Virus record (IMG/VR): IMGVR_UViG_3300043449_000393
Location: 1 to 63,073 of that record
Strand: one strand, 5' to 3'
From: a virus
Taxonomy: Duplodnaviria; Caudoviricetes
Length of the DNA stretch: 63,073 nt
Shown here: piece after piece, positions 17,671 to 26,082 of the stretch
How positions within the stretch are numbered: position 1 is the first letter of the stretch
Layout of the letters: each line of letters opens with the position of its first letter
The notes under the pieces: generated by a model
Told to the model about the DNA's origin: nothing
What the model saw: only the letters and a program-made list of their open reading frames with translations
Databases searched by the model: none
Position numbers and translations under genes: made by a program

Positions 17671-18786
17671 ATGGCAGTCACCAAACTCGATCGCGCTAAG
17701 GTAGCTATCGTTACCCAGCATCCGTTCTTCGCCTCTATCCTCATGAAGCGCAAACTCATCGAGGACAACACCATCCCCACTGCGGCTGTCGACCAGCGCG
17801 GTCAGATTTACTACAACAAAGACTTCGTCGAGAAGCTGTCTGTTGACGAGCTTGTGTTCCTGCTGTGTCACGAGGTCGGCCACGTTATCGGTCAGCATGC
17901 CCTGCGTCGCGGTGCTCGTCAGCCCAAGAAGTGGAACATCGCCGGTGACGCATGGATTAACGACATGCTCAAAGACGCTGGCATCGGCGCTGTCATCCCC
18001 GGCTGTGTCAATATGCCCGGCTCCAAAGACGAGACAGTCGACGTCATCTACAACAAGCTGCCTGACGATCCCGACGGCAACGGCCCCGGCGGTACAGGCG
18101 ACGACATCATCGAGCGCGGTGGCCCTGTGTCCGACGAAGAAGCTACACGCATCGACGCCGAGACCCGTGTCGAGATTGCCCAAGCTGCGCAAGCAGCCAA
18201 GGCTCAGGGCAAGATGCCCGGTTCACTGGCCAAGATCGTCGCTGACCTGATCGAGCCTGACACCCCATGGCACGAGATTCTCGAGCGTTACATGACATCG
18301 TTCACTCGCGGTGACTACACATGGTCGCGCCCTAACCGTCGCTTCGCCAACTGCTACCTGCCCTCTGTCGGCAAGACTGCGGAGATGGGTGAGGTCGTCA
18401 TCCAAGTCGACGTGTCCGGCTCTATCAGCAAGCTCGAGCTTGACCATTACAACGGTCACATGCAACGTATCGTGTCGCTGTGCAATCCGTCCCGTGTTCA
18501 TATCTTGTATGTCGACACTGGTGTAGCCAAGCACGACGTGTTCGAGCAAGGCGAAGAAGTAGCACTCACTTTCTACTGCGGCGGCGGCACTGACATGGAA
18601 GCTGGCTTCGACTACATCGCCAAGGAAGGTATCAACCCCGAGGTGTTCGTCTGCTTGACCGACGGCTACACCGACTTCAACCCATCCAAAGCCCCTGAGT
18701 ATCCTGTCGTCTGGTGTATCTCCAGTGACATTCAAGCTCCATACGGCGACAATATCCACTTTAACTTGGAGAACCACAATGGCTGA
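17671..18786 (+). CDS. Zincin-like metallopeptidase plus vWA domain protein (DUF2201-like)
   Basis: HEVGH (HExxH), WNIAGDAWIN, MIDAS DVSGS, GGGTD, LTDGY. Confidence 0.9.
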   Translation: MAVTKLDRAKVAIVTQHPFFASILMKRKLIEDNTIPTAAVDQRGQIYYNKDFVEKLSVDELVFLLCHEVGHVIGQHALRRGARQPKKWNIAGDAWINDMLKDAGIGAVIPGCVNMPGSKDETVDVIYNKLPDDPDGNGPGGTGDDIIERGGPVSDEEATRIDAETRVEIAQAAQAAKAQGKMPGSLAKIVADLIEPDTPWHEILERYMTSFTRGDYTWSRPNRRFANCYLPSVGKTAEMGEVVIQVDVSGSISKLELDHYNGHMQRIVSLCNPSRVHILYVDTGVAKHDVFEQGEEVALTFYCGGGTDMEAGFDYIAKEGINPEVFVCLTDGYTDFNPSKAPEYPVVWCISSDIQAPYGDNIHFNLENHNG

Positions 18787-18946
18787 TACCCCAAACCTGA
18801 AAGCAAAGATCGACGACCTCGTTACCCAGTATGACAAGGTACTGAAGATGTGCTACGACGCACTAGCTGCTGATGCACCACAGGAAAACCGCGATGCTCT
18901 CCGAGAAGCAATCGAAGACCACTTCAAGCCATCCGACGGTAGCTGA
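18779..18946 (+). CDS. Small hypothetical protein
   Basis: GGAG SD; helical, 55 aa. Confidence 0.55.
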   Translation: MADTPNLKAKIDDLVTQYDKVLKMCYDALAADAPQENRDALREAIEDHFKPSDGS

Positions 18947-19115
18947 ACGATCGCCGACTGTCGGCGTCGAGGTAGTTCACAACAAGACTGGGTGGCACGT
19001 CAACGTGTCACTCAATCAAAAACCATGGCAGCATTTTGGGCCATATGAGGAGAAGCTCACGCTCCCGCAAGCAATGCAATTCGTGGCAACAACCATTCAA
19101 CTCGAAGGACTTTAA
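18873..19115 (+). CDS. Small hypothetical protein (start uncertain)
   Basis: Beta-strand core with terminal helix LPQAMQFVATTIQL. Confidence 0.45.
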   Translation: MHHRKTAMLSEKQSKTTSSHPTVAERSPTVGVEVVHNKTGWHVNVSLNQKPWQHFGPYEEKLTLPQAMQFVATTIQLEGL

Positions 19116-19117
19116 TC

Positions 19118-19789
19118 GTGGCAACTGTCTACATCACCAAAGAAGTTATCACTCGCGTCAAGACAAAGATCAACGCAATGCGTATGTCTGAGCGCAACAG
19201 TGACGTACCCAACATCGACAAGAACGCTTTCGTTGACGCCAGTCATCTGTTCAACATCGGATGCTGGGGTCAGAATTACGTACACCTCGTCAATCAAATA
19301 CCCAAGGATTGGCTCAGCAAGCTGGATGATGCCACCATATCCATCAAAGGCGAACTGGATGATGGCCGCCAACTGTCTACCGGAGTCAGGTTCAACGGCA
19401 CGAAGTCTGCGTATGCACGCCCAAAAGATAGCTACTACGCCAAGACAGACTCAGAGTTGACTATCGACTATGTACGTGCCCTGCCAGAGGGGGCATTAGG
19501 TCGCGCTGAGTTACTGCAACGCTGGGAAGAATCCATCATCGCACTGGACATTGACACACGATGGGCCAAGATAGAGACAGAAATCACCGAGTTCCTAGGC
19601 AAGTGCAAGTCACTCAACGAAGCGGTCAAGCTGTTCCCCAATGTGACGATGTACATCCACTCCGAAGATATGGAAAGACTCAATCGCAAGATCGAGCGTG
19701 TATCGCAACGCAAGGCTATCGTAGAAGAGGTCGACACTGAGGGCCTTACAGCTGCGGCTATTGCGGCCAAACTCATGGCGGTAGCATGA
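19118..19789 (+). CDS. Nmad5-like protein (nucleotide modification associated domain 5)
   Basis: FLGKCKSLNEAVKLFP motif and AAAIAAKL end, recalled as Nmad5-like. Confidence 0.5.
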   Translation: MATVYITKEVITRVKTKINAMRMSERNSDVPNIDKNAFVDASHLFNIGCWGQNYVHLVNQIPKDWLSKLDDATISIKGELDDGRQLSTGVRFNGTKSAYARPKDSYYAKTDSELTIDYVRALPEGALGRAELLQRWEESIIALDIDTRWAKIETEITEFLGKCKSLNEAVKLFPNVTMYIHSEDMERLNRKIERVSQRKAIVEEVDTEGLTAAAIAAKLMAVA

Positions 19790-19974
19790 CAGCAAAGATC
19801 ACACACCCAACCATTCCCGTGGGTCATCCCGATTACAAGTGGACGTCAGGCGCTGATGTGCAAGCCACATGGCGACGCTTCGGATGGAAGCCTACGTTCG
19901 GAAATGTGTTCGTGCCCATCCCGCCAAAGGATGAGGTCGTGGAGACAACCAAAAGATATTGGAGAGTCAAATGA
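19786..19974 (+). CDS. Small hypothetical protein
   Basis: DVQATWRRFGW motif; ATGA-coupled. Confidence 0.65.
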   Translation: MTAKITHPTIPVGHPDYKWTSGADVQATWRRFGWKPTFGNVFVPIPPKDEVVETTKRYWRVK

Positions 19975-20056
19975 CATGGCCATTCCCCACACAACCCTTA
20001 CCCAACAAACCCGGCGAGCCTAAGTTCAACCCAGACAACTATGAGGATGCACCGCT

Positions 20057-20704
20057 ATGACACCCATCGAAAGATTTGAGGCGCTGACCAAGCGCCAGCA
20101 AGACGAGATACTGGACAAGCATCGCAACTTCAACACGGAACATCTTTACTGGTGGGACAATGTTTACAGCGACTTCAAGCGTGACATGGACGTCATCGGT
20201 ATCGAGGTTGAGCGCATGTACTTCAGCGGCTTTAGTTCACAGGGTGACGGTGCATGCTTCGATGGTCGTGTGTATTCGTGGGGAGACTTCTTGCCATCCA
20301 TCCTACGCGCAGACCCAGCACTCATAACGCTGGCTGAGCAGGCTTGGGGCTTCCGAGTCGAACACCGAGGCCACTACTACCACGAGAACTGTACGTCGTT
20401 CACATCTGACATGGCATGTCCAAGCGACTATTGCTATTCCGAGTTGGACGAGTTCGTCCATGCTTACAGCCCATACAAGACAGAGATACAGGACGCAGTG
20501 TTCCTAGCAAACTTGCGAGAATACGATTACGACAAGCTGCATGATGAGTTCGAGGAAGCCTTCAAGGACCACATGCGTGACCTATACAGCCGACTCGAAG
20601 TCGAGTACGACGCCATGACCTCTGACGAATCCGTTTTGGAAGCGCTGCATGCCAACGACATGCTTGATGAAATCATTGACGAACTGGAGAATGAATATGC
20701 CTGA
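20057..20704 (+). CDS. Acidic hypothetical protein
   Basis: YFSGFSSQGDGACF and GHYYHEN motifs; GAGG SD. Confidence 0.75.
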   Translation: MTPIERFEALTKRQQDEILDKHRNFNTEHLYWWDNVYSDFKRDMDVIGIEVERMYFSGFSSQGDGACFDGRVYSWGDFLPSILRADPALITLAEQAWGFRVEHRGHYYHENCTSFTSDMACPSDYCYSELDEFVHAYSPYKTEIQDAVFLANLREYDYDKLHDEFEEAFKDHMRDLYSRLEVEYDAMTSDESVLEALHANDMLDEIIDELENEYA

Positions 20705-21185
20705 CTTGAAAACAGAACTTATGAAACTCAACAACCTGAAATTCGACGACGCCGACGAGCCTACACAACCACCCGTTGTGGGCGAAGCTACCACCGAGCG
20801 TGAGCGCGTGTGGAACTACATCAAGGCCAACCCCATGTCGAGCGTCAATGGCGTAGCAGCTGGACTTGGCATCAGCGATTCACATGCTTCGTCGCAAATC
20901 TTTGCACTGCACAACAAAGCAATCCTTGCTCGCGGTCTCATTGGAGACAAGTACCACTACCAAGTAGTCGGCGACTCGTACCCACGGTTCGACCGCAAAG
21001 CCCACGGCAAACACCTGAGCAAGATCATGAAGGGCCGCAAGCACGGCAAGCGCGTGTTGGTCAAGCGAGAGCCTGTGGCTCCAGTCACTGCGCCAATCAG
21101 CAACGTCGACGCCATGATCAACTCCATGAGCGTGATGCAAGCGCGAGCCATCTACGACAAGCTCAAACAAATCTTTGGGGGCTGA
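20697..21185 (+). CDS. Winged-HTH DNA-binding protein
   Basis: VWNYIKANP-SSVNGVAAGLGISDSHASSQIFAL pattern. Confidence 0.65.
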   Translation: MPDLKTELMKLNNLKFDDADEPTQPPVVGEATTERERVWNYIKANPMSSVNGVAAGLGISDSHASSQIFALHNKAILARGLIGDKYHYQVVGDSYPRFDRKAHGKHLSKIMKGRKHGKRVLVKREPVAPVTAPISNVDAMINSMSVMQARAIYDKLKQIFGG

Positions 21186-21186
21186 C

Positions 21187-21489
21187 ATGTACCTGAAGTC
21201 AATCGACAACCCTGTACACCGTTCAGGACACATTGTTGACTACGAGCTATTGCAAAAAGCGTTTGATGACATGAACCGTAACTTCAACGAGCTACAGCTG
21301 CGTGTCCACAGCCAAGGCATACGTAACGTTGAACTTAAAACAATCAACAAGCACCTCATGCAACTTCTTAACTGGATTGCAACAACCAACCCGCAGATAC
21401 TCAATGAATTCCAAGCCACCGCGACTGCCTTCGACAAACTCCTTCCGCCAGACAGAGGAGGAGCAGATGAACAGGCTGCACAGGCTTAA
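21187..21489 (+). CDS. Coiled-coil hypothetical protein
   Basis: 100 aa ORF within the operon. Confidence 0.6.
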   Translation: MYLKSIDNPVHRSGHIVDYELLQKAFDDMNRNFNELQLRVHSQGIRNVELKTINKHLMQLLNWIATTNPQILNEFQATATAFDKLLPPDRGGADEQAAQA

Positions 21490-21593
21490 GAAGTGCGACA
21501 CATGTGGCAACGACGCAGAGCCGTTAGGTGGCATAGAGATGCGCGGCAAGTGGATGTGCCACAGATGCTGGACAAGGTATGCCAACAGAAGAT

Positions 21594-21627
21594 AAAAAGC
21601 CCCAGCGGCTTGTGGCTGCTGGGGCTC
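21594..21627 (-). terminator. Rho-independent terminator oriented for a minus-strand transcript
   Basis: AGCCCCAGCAGC-CACAA-GCCGCTGGGGCT followed by TTTT on the minus strand. Confidence 0.65.
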
Positions 21628-21643
21628 AACCTAAGCTTGTAGC

Positions 21644-21805
21644 TCAGTGGAAATGGAGCGATATGTTAATCGTCCTGTTGCAGCACTCCGGCTCCGGCTT
21701 CGGAGCTGGCTCCGGGTCCGGTTTCGGGTCTGGCTTGTCGTGGTACACAACCTCATCGTGCTCGATGACGCCGCCGTGCCCGTTCACAATAACGCTAAAC
21801 AACAC
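21644..21805 (-). CDS. Possible small Pro-rich protein, counter-oriented
   Basis: GTG start; ...DKPDPKPDPEPAPKPEPECCNRTINISLHFH; ends just before the terminator; no clear SD. Confidence 0.4.
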   Translation of the reverse strand: MLFSVIVNGHGGVIEHDEVVYHDKPDPKPDPEPAPKPEPECCNRTINISLHFH

Positions 21806-22048
21806 ATGGTCAGATAGGGTGCTGCGGTTTGGCCATGCAATAGAAAAAAGGACAAAAGGATAACGAATAGCTTCGGTAGCAACCGACTTTCACTGGGGGT
21901 TTGCCCACCCCGGAAACAGCGCCTTATGCCTTGTAGCGATTTTCCGATGAGACTTTGCGGTCGCTACACAGAGGTCAAGCACGAGGTTGCGTAATTGAAT
22001 ACGTGTAATTTGGCGAACGGGCTTTTACTCAATCACAAGGAACACTGC

Positions 22049-22243
22049 ATGAGAAATGTATCAGGCTATGTCACCGATGACGGCAAGTTTTTCGAGGACA
22101 AGAAACATGCGGAGGCGCACGAGAAGCTGCTGTCCGTTGGTAAGTACATCGACGAGTTCATCCGCGTGCGGTATGAGCAGAAGATGCCCATCGGCGAGAC
22201 CATTCGTCTGTGGGAGAAGTACAAGAGCGAGGTAATCAAATGA
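22049..22243 (+). CDS. Small hypothetical protein
   Basis: AAGGA SD; YVTDDGKFFEDK-AEAHE. Confidence 0.7.
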   Translation: MRNVSGYVTDDGKFFEDKKHAEAHEKLLSVGKYIDEFIRVRYEQKMPIGETIRLWEKYKSEVIK

Positions 22244-22325
22244 CCTGCAAACACCGCTGGGAACCCGGCGACAACAAAGAACGCCCTGCTTATAGATGCG
22301 CCCGTTGTGGCGATTGGAGGTTTGT

Positions 22326-22736
22326 ATGAAAGACAAAGCATTGAAGTTTGATGTGGCTATGCGTGATGCAGCATTTGTACAGAAGCCTGTGGCGTGGGCG
22401 TATGTCAACGAAGATGGAGAGTGTGAGCAGATTGAATATGGTGAGCCGTTTAATGACCCAGATGTAACGCTTCTCTACACCACCCCACCCGCAGCAAAGC
22501 GGCAATGGGTTAGGTTGAGTGAGGAAGAGATTGACGAGATTTTTAACAACCAACCCGGATACTGCTTGGACCATTACATATTTGCCGAAGATGTCATGTC
22601 CAAATATGAAGAGAAAAACGCCGTAGCACAGTTAGTCGTGCCCGATGTTCTTAACCCGAAAGATGAGAACCCTGCATATGCAGCGGGATGGAACGATTGC
22701 AGAGCAGAGATGCTGAAGGAGCGCAACAATGGATAA
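22326..22736 (+). CDS. Mosaic early hypothetical protein
   Basis: GGAGG SD; KPVAW...LYTTPP...WVRLSEEEI...GWNDCR blocks. Confidence 0.7.
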   Translation: MKDKALKFDVAMRDAAFVQKPVAWAYVNEDGECEQIEYGEPFNDPDVTLLYTTPPAAKRQWVRLSEEEIDEIFNNQPGYCLDHYIFAEDVMSKYEEKNAVAQLVVPDVLNPKDENPAYAAGWNDCRAEMLKERNNG

Positions 22737-23004
22737 GACAATACAAATGGCCCGTGAGTCATGGATTGACGTTTACGGGCTTGGACATGAAAGAGTTAAG
22801 TTTATTGATGCACTGAAGCATTTTGAAGCCCTTGTCCGTGCTGATGAACGTGAAGAAATCAATCGCAGAGCAAACGCAAGCTGGACGCTAATGTGCGAAA
22901 AGATGGTGGCGGCAGAGCGTGAGTCAATACTTGATCTTGTTGACGACTACGCTAAGAACAACACTGACCTTATCGCCGCCATTCGAGCAAGGGGAAACAC
23001 ATGA
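22729..23004 (+). CDS. Hypothetical protein ending AIRARG
   Basis: AAGGAG SD; ADERE/AAERE repeats. Confidence 0.7.
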   Translation: MDKTIQMARESWIDVYGLGHERVKFIDALKHFEALVRADEREEINRRANASWTLMCEKMVAAERESILDLVDDYAKNNTDLIAAIRARGNT

Positions 23005-23140
23005 TTGACTTTAAAAATTACCTGACCCGCAAGATCATTGCCGCTGTGTTTGGCGTACTGGTTCTGTTTCCACTGTGCCTGTGGTGGCTGAACCACCGTG
23101 ACAACGAGCGCAAAGACAAACGTGAACAAAGGGGCGTGAA

Positions 23141-23467
23141 ATGACACCAATACTTTTAGACCTAGCATTGAAGGCCGGATTCTCTGATCCCATTGAGGGC
23201 TGGATGGGCGAGGCATATGAAGAACGCCTTGAGGCTTTTGCCAAACTCATCATTGAATCAGAGCGCAAAGTCCTGATGCAACTGTTCACCGACCCAGAAA
23301 ACCAGCCTACTCAATACGGCACAGTGACAATTGAGTATATGCGTTGCGAAATGGCAGCCGAACGTGAGGAGTGTGCTGAATTGGTCTATAACTCGCCACC
23401 ATCTGATGAGTACGAAAGCCCGTTAAAAGCTGTTTATGACGCTATCCGAGCAAGGGGACAAGCATGA
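23141..23467 (+). CDS. Hypothetical protein ending AIRARG
   Basis: LEAFAKLI, AAEREECA, AIRARGQA; related to 22729..23004. Confidence 0.7.
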   Translation: MTPILLDLALKAGFSDPIEGWMGEAYEERLEAFAKLIIESERKVLMQLFTDPENQPTQYGTVTIEYMRCEMAAEREECAELVYNSPPSDEYESPLKAVYDAIRARGQA

Positions 23468-23646
23468 GAGACACTAAGACCAAACGGGTAACCATCCCTG
23501 TCAGTTGCGACATTGACCGTATTCGTGAGCGCTTAGCTGCAGACACTGGCATCACCATGACGTACTCACAAGTCTTTAACTTCTTGGTTCACTTCTACGT
23601 AGAGCGAGCAAGCGAGCCCAAAAGCAAATGGAAGTCACTGACATGA
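23464..23646 (+). CDS. Small RHH-like DNA-binding protein
   Basis: KRVTIPV strand then two helices (TYSQVFNFL). Confidence 0.5.
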   Translation: MRDTKTKRVTIPVSCDIDRIRERLAADTGITMTYSQVFNFLVHFYVERASEPKSKWKSLT

Positions 23647-23861
23647 CCGAACACAAACTTACACATGACCGCTTTGCTGTGGTCGACGTCAACAACCACT
23701 GGCGTGATGCCAAAGAATTCCCACCACCGAAAAGCGCAAAGATGCTGATGATCGATAAGCGCCTTGGCGTTGCAGTCCTTGGCTCGTGGCGCGACGCCGA
23801 CGGCTGGACACACTGGTGCCCATTGCCCACATTTGACAGGAGCCGAGATGGCACAGAGTAA
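23643..23861 (+). CDS. DUF551-like protein
   Basis: WRDAKEFPPP...WTHWCPLP. Confidence 0.6.
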   Translation: MTEHKLTHDRFAVVDVNNHWRDAKEFPPPKSAKMLMIDKRLGVAVLGSWRDADGWTHWCPLPTFDRSRDGTE

Positions 23862-24330
23862 AAAGCCGCGCAAGAAGTACAAGCCCAAGGGTGTCATCCT
23901 CGACACCATCAACTGGGTAAGAGCCGGATTCAAGAAGGTGGACGACGTTAGCGCAGGCACCACCCTGAAAATCCGCAACTACGACGCGATGAACAACCTT
24001 CGCATGGGAGTGGCGTCGCGCCGTGACGTGGATTCGATCATTGACGCGATGAACATGGCCGAAGCGCTGAGCCGACGCGGTATCGGTGGCGACTGGCTGC
24101 CTGAGATCGGCGATGCACAAGACAAGCTGCTGGAGATGGCACGCCGTGGTGTGGCCAACGACTATCGGTTCATAGTGAAGGGGCCGGAACTTACAGCTCT
24201 GAACCTTGCCATGGAAGTGCATGATGTGCAGCTGAGCACCGTGACCGTGCGAGAGTTGGAGATCGCCATCAACGACGTGCTGGAAACACAGCGTCTAAAG
24301 AAGATGCGCCGCATCGTGGAGCTAGCATGA
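23848..24330 (+). CDS. Hypothetical protein
   Basis: AGGAG SD; SKKPRKKYKPK N-terminus. Confidence 0.75.
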   Translation: MAQSKKPRKKYKPKGVILDTINWVRAGFKKVDDVSAGTTLKIRNYDAMNNLRMGVASRRDVDSIIDAMNMAEALSRRGIGGDWLPEIGDAQDKLLEMARRGVANDYRFIVKGPELTALNLAMEVHDVQLSTVTVRELEIAINDVLETQRLKKMRRIVELA

Positions 24331-24572
24331 GAACAGCAACTGCCAAACAAGTTCGCGAGCTACTCAGAGCCAGCGCAGATGGTTTGACGATACGTCAGCT
24401 CAACGAAATACTTAACCGTACTGAATGCAACTTGCGACGAGTATTGCAGACAATGCCTGACACGTACATCGACCGATGGGAGTCAGTTCCACGTCAGACT
24501 TTTAGCGCAGTATGGTGCGTGGTTATCCCACCAGAAGATTGTCCCCATCCAACCAAAGGAACTACAAGATGA
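24327..24572 (+). CDS. Small winged-HTH protein
   Basis: VRELLR-DGLTIRQL-LNRT-NLRRVL. Confidence 0.6.
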   Translation: MRTATAKQVRELLRASADGLTIRQLNEILNRTECNLRRVLQTMPDTYIDRWESVPRQTFSAVWCVVIPPEDCPHPTKGTTR

Positions 24573-24793
24573 CAAACGCACTAGACGTTCAAGTCGACGG
24601 CAGTCACTACAAATCAATGGCCATACAGCCAGTCGAGTTCATCCACGCCAACAGCATCCCTTACCTCGAAGGCAACGTCATCAAGTACGTCAGTCGCTGG
24701 CGCAACAAGAACGGTGTTGCTGACTTGGAAAAAGCCAAACACTACATCGAACTATTGATCGAACTGGAGACACGCGCATGTTCAAAGACCTGA
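24569..24793 (+). CDS. DUF3310 family protein
   Basis: QVDGSHY, IQPVEF, GNVIKYVSRW, DLEKAKHY. Confidence 0.85.
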   Translation: MTNALDVQVDGSHYKSMAIQPVEFIHANSIPYLEGNVIKYVSRWRNKNGVADLEKAKHYIELLIELETRACSKT

Positions 24794-25101
24794 TGCACGC
24801 CTTAACAGGCCACCCACTGCAAAACGCTGCACAAGGCTCAGTCATAGGGGCACAAAACAGCATTTACCCCGGTGGCATTTCCCCAGCGCAATACAACCAG
24901 ATCATGCAAAAGGAGCAGTTGCCAAAGTCTAAAAAGCTGTTTCACGGTACTGTTGAGGTGCTGCAAGCGGCCAACGGATACATCGTCAACATCGGACGCA
25001 AAGAAGGCTACGAGTACGAGACGTATATAGCTGAGACCATCACAGACGTGAACGAGCGCATCGCCGCCGCCATCGTCGCATTCCAACTGGAGAGCAAATG
25101 A
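24778..25101 (+). CDS. Hypothetical protein
   Basis: VLQAANGYIV motif; related to the next ORF. Confidence 0.65.
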   Translation: MFKDLMHALTGHPLQNAAQGSVIGAQNSIYPGGISPAQYNQIMQKEQLPKSKKLFHGTVEVLQAANGYIVNIGRKEGYEYETYIAETITDVNERIAAAIVAFQLESK

Positions 25102-25382
25102 GTATCAAACAATGGCTGCGTAACTGGCTGCTGGACAGTGACCGCCTCTCCTCGCCTATGACGGCTGAAGCAATTCGAGTAGCTAATGACGTCGAAGTGG
25201 AGGCTGCACAGCTAAGCTTCGCAATTATCAAAGCAGTGAACGGTCGCATCGTCAAGGTGTCGGCTTACAAGCCCGCTACTCGTGGCCCTGACTGGACGCA
25301 CGAACTCTACATCGTCAAAGACGACGAAAAAATCCCGGACGTGATCGCTCGGATCATGGCCATCAAAGCACTGGAGCAGTAA
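25098..25382 (+). CDS. Hypothetical protein
   Basis: IIKAVNGRIV motif. Confidence 0.65.
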   Translation: MSIKQWLRNWLLDSDRLSSPMTAEAIRVANDVEVEAAQLSFAIIKAVNGRIVKVSAYKPATRGPDWTHELYIVKDDEKIPDVIARIMAIKALEQ

Positions 25383-25825
25383 TGAGCGTAGACCAAATTG
25401 AACTGTGGCACAAAAGAGCCAGACCTGAGCCAACCGAGGCAGACTTCAACGTACAGCTTGGCTGTCACTTCGAGGAGATTGTTGAGATGCTCGACGCGCT
25501 GGACTTCACCAACGAAGAAGGCATTGAGTACGAAGTACGTGCTACTCGTGTAGCGATCAACGCACTAGCGCGTATGCTCAAGAGCGGAGAACTCAGAGCT
25601 TTCATGGCAGACCGCAAAGAGTTCTTGGACTCGTTGGCTGACCAAGTCGTGACAGCTATCGGCGCTGGCTACTGCGCTGGCATGAAAACAGCTGATGCGG
25701 TCGCCGCTGTGAACCGTAGCAACTACAGCAAGTTCGACAAGAACGGCTACCCCATCTTCAATGAGAACGGCAAGATAGCCAAAGGGCCTGACTATGCACC
25801 ACCAGACTTGGAAGGCATGTACTGA
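25382..25825 (+). CDS. MazG-like nucleoside triphosphate pyrophosphohydrolase
   Basis: EEIVE, LDSLADQVV, VNRSNYSKF, GKIAKGPDY-PPDL. Confidence 0.85.
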   Translation: MSVDQIELWHKRARPEPTEADFNVQLGCHFEEIVEMLDALDFTNEEGIEYEVRATRVAINALARMLKSGELRAFMADRKEFLDSLADQVVTAIGAGYCAGMKTADAVAAVNRSNYSKFDKNGYPIFNENGKIAKGPDYAPPDLEGMY

Positions 25826-26082
25826 TGACCACCAACTGGTACCAATCGCCGCAGCTAACCGTGCAACCAAGAATGACGCTTGATTCTTCCGGCAACCTTG
25901 GTATTGGGACGAGTTCGCCGGGGAGCAACCCGTCAATTACTTTGGGCGAGGAGTCTATTACACTCGAGGACTTAAAATCGTTCAAGAGGGTGGCTGCTTT
26001 TGCAGAGTTCGCTGCAAAGACCGACCCTAGGTTCGCTGAGCTCTGGACTGCTTTCAACGTCGCAAACAAACTGGAAAAATAA
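25825..26082 (+). CDS. Small protein carrying one tail-fibre repeat unit
   Basis: RMTLDSSGNLGIGTSSP; coupled to both neighbours. Confidence 0.65.
   Translation: MTTNWYQSPQLTVQPRMTLDSSGNLGIGTSSPGSNPSITLGEESITLEDLKSFKRVAAFAEFAAKTDPRFAELWTAFNVANKLEK

Noticed and set aside
21579-21863. Plus-strand GSG-repeat ORF
   Set aside because: Spans a terminator hairpin and is the antisense shadow of the Pro-rich minus-strand ORF.
21870-21912. c-di-GMP-I riboswitch-like GGGCAAACC on the minus strand
   Set aside because: Not followed by the GACGCAAAG junction and second stem.
21944-21967. Hammerhead-like CCGATGA-GAC...GTC
   Set aside because: Core has CCGA instead of CUGA and GCUA instead of GAAA; flanking stems are missing.
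13195-26082. Many small proteins ending in (K/Q/T/A)LE as a shared degradation or docking tag
   Set aside because: CTG GAG (Leu-Glu) supplies the GGAG Shine-Dalgarno of the next coupled gene, which is sufficient explanation.
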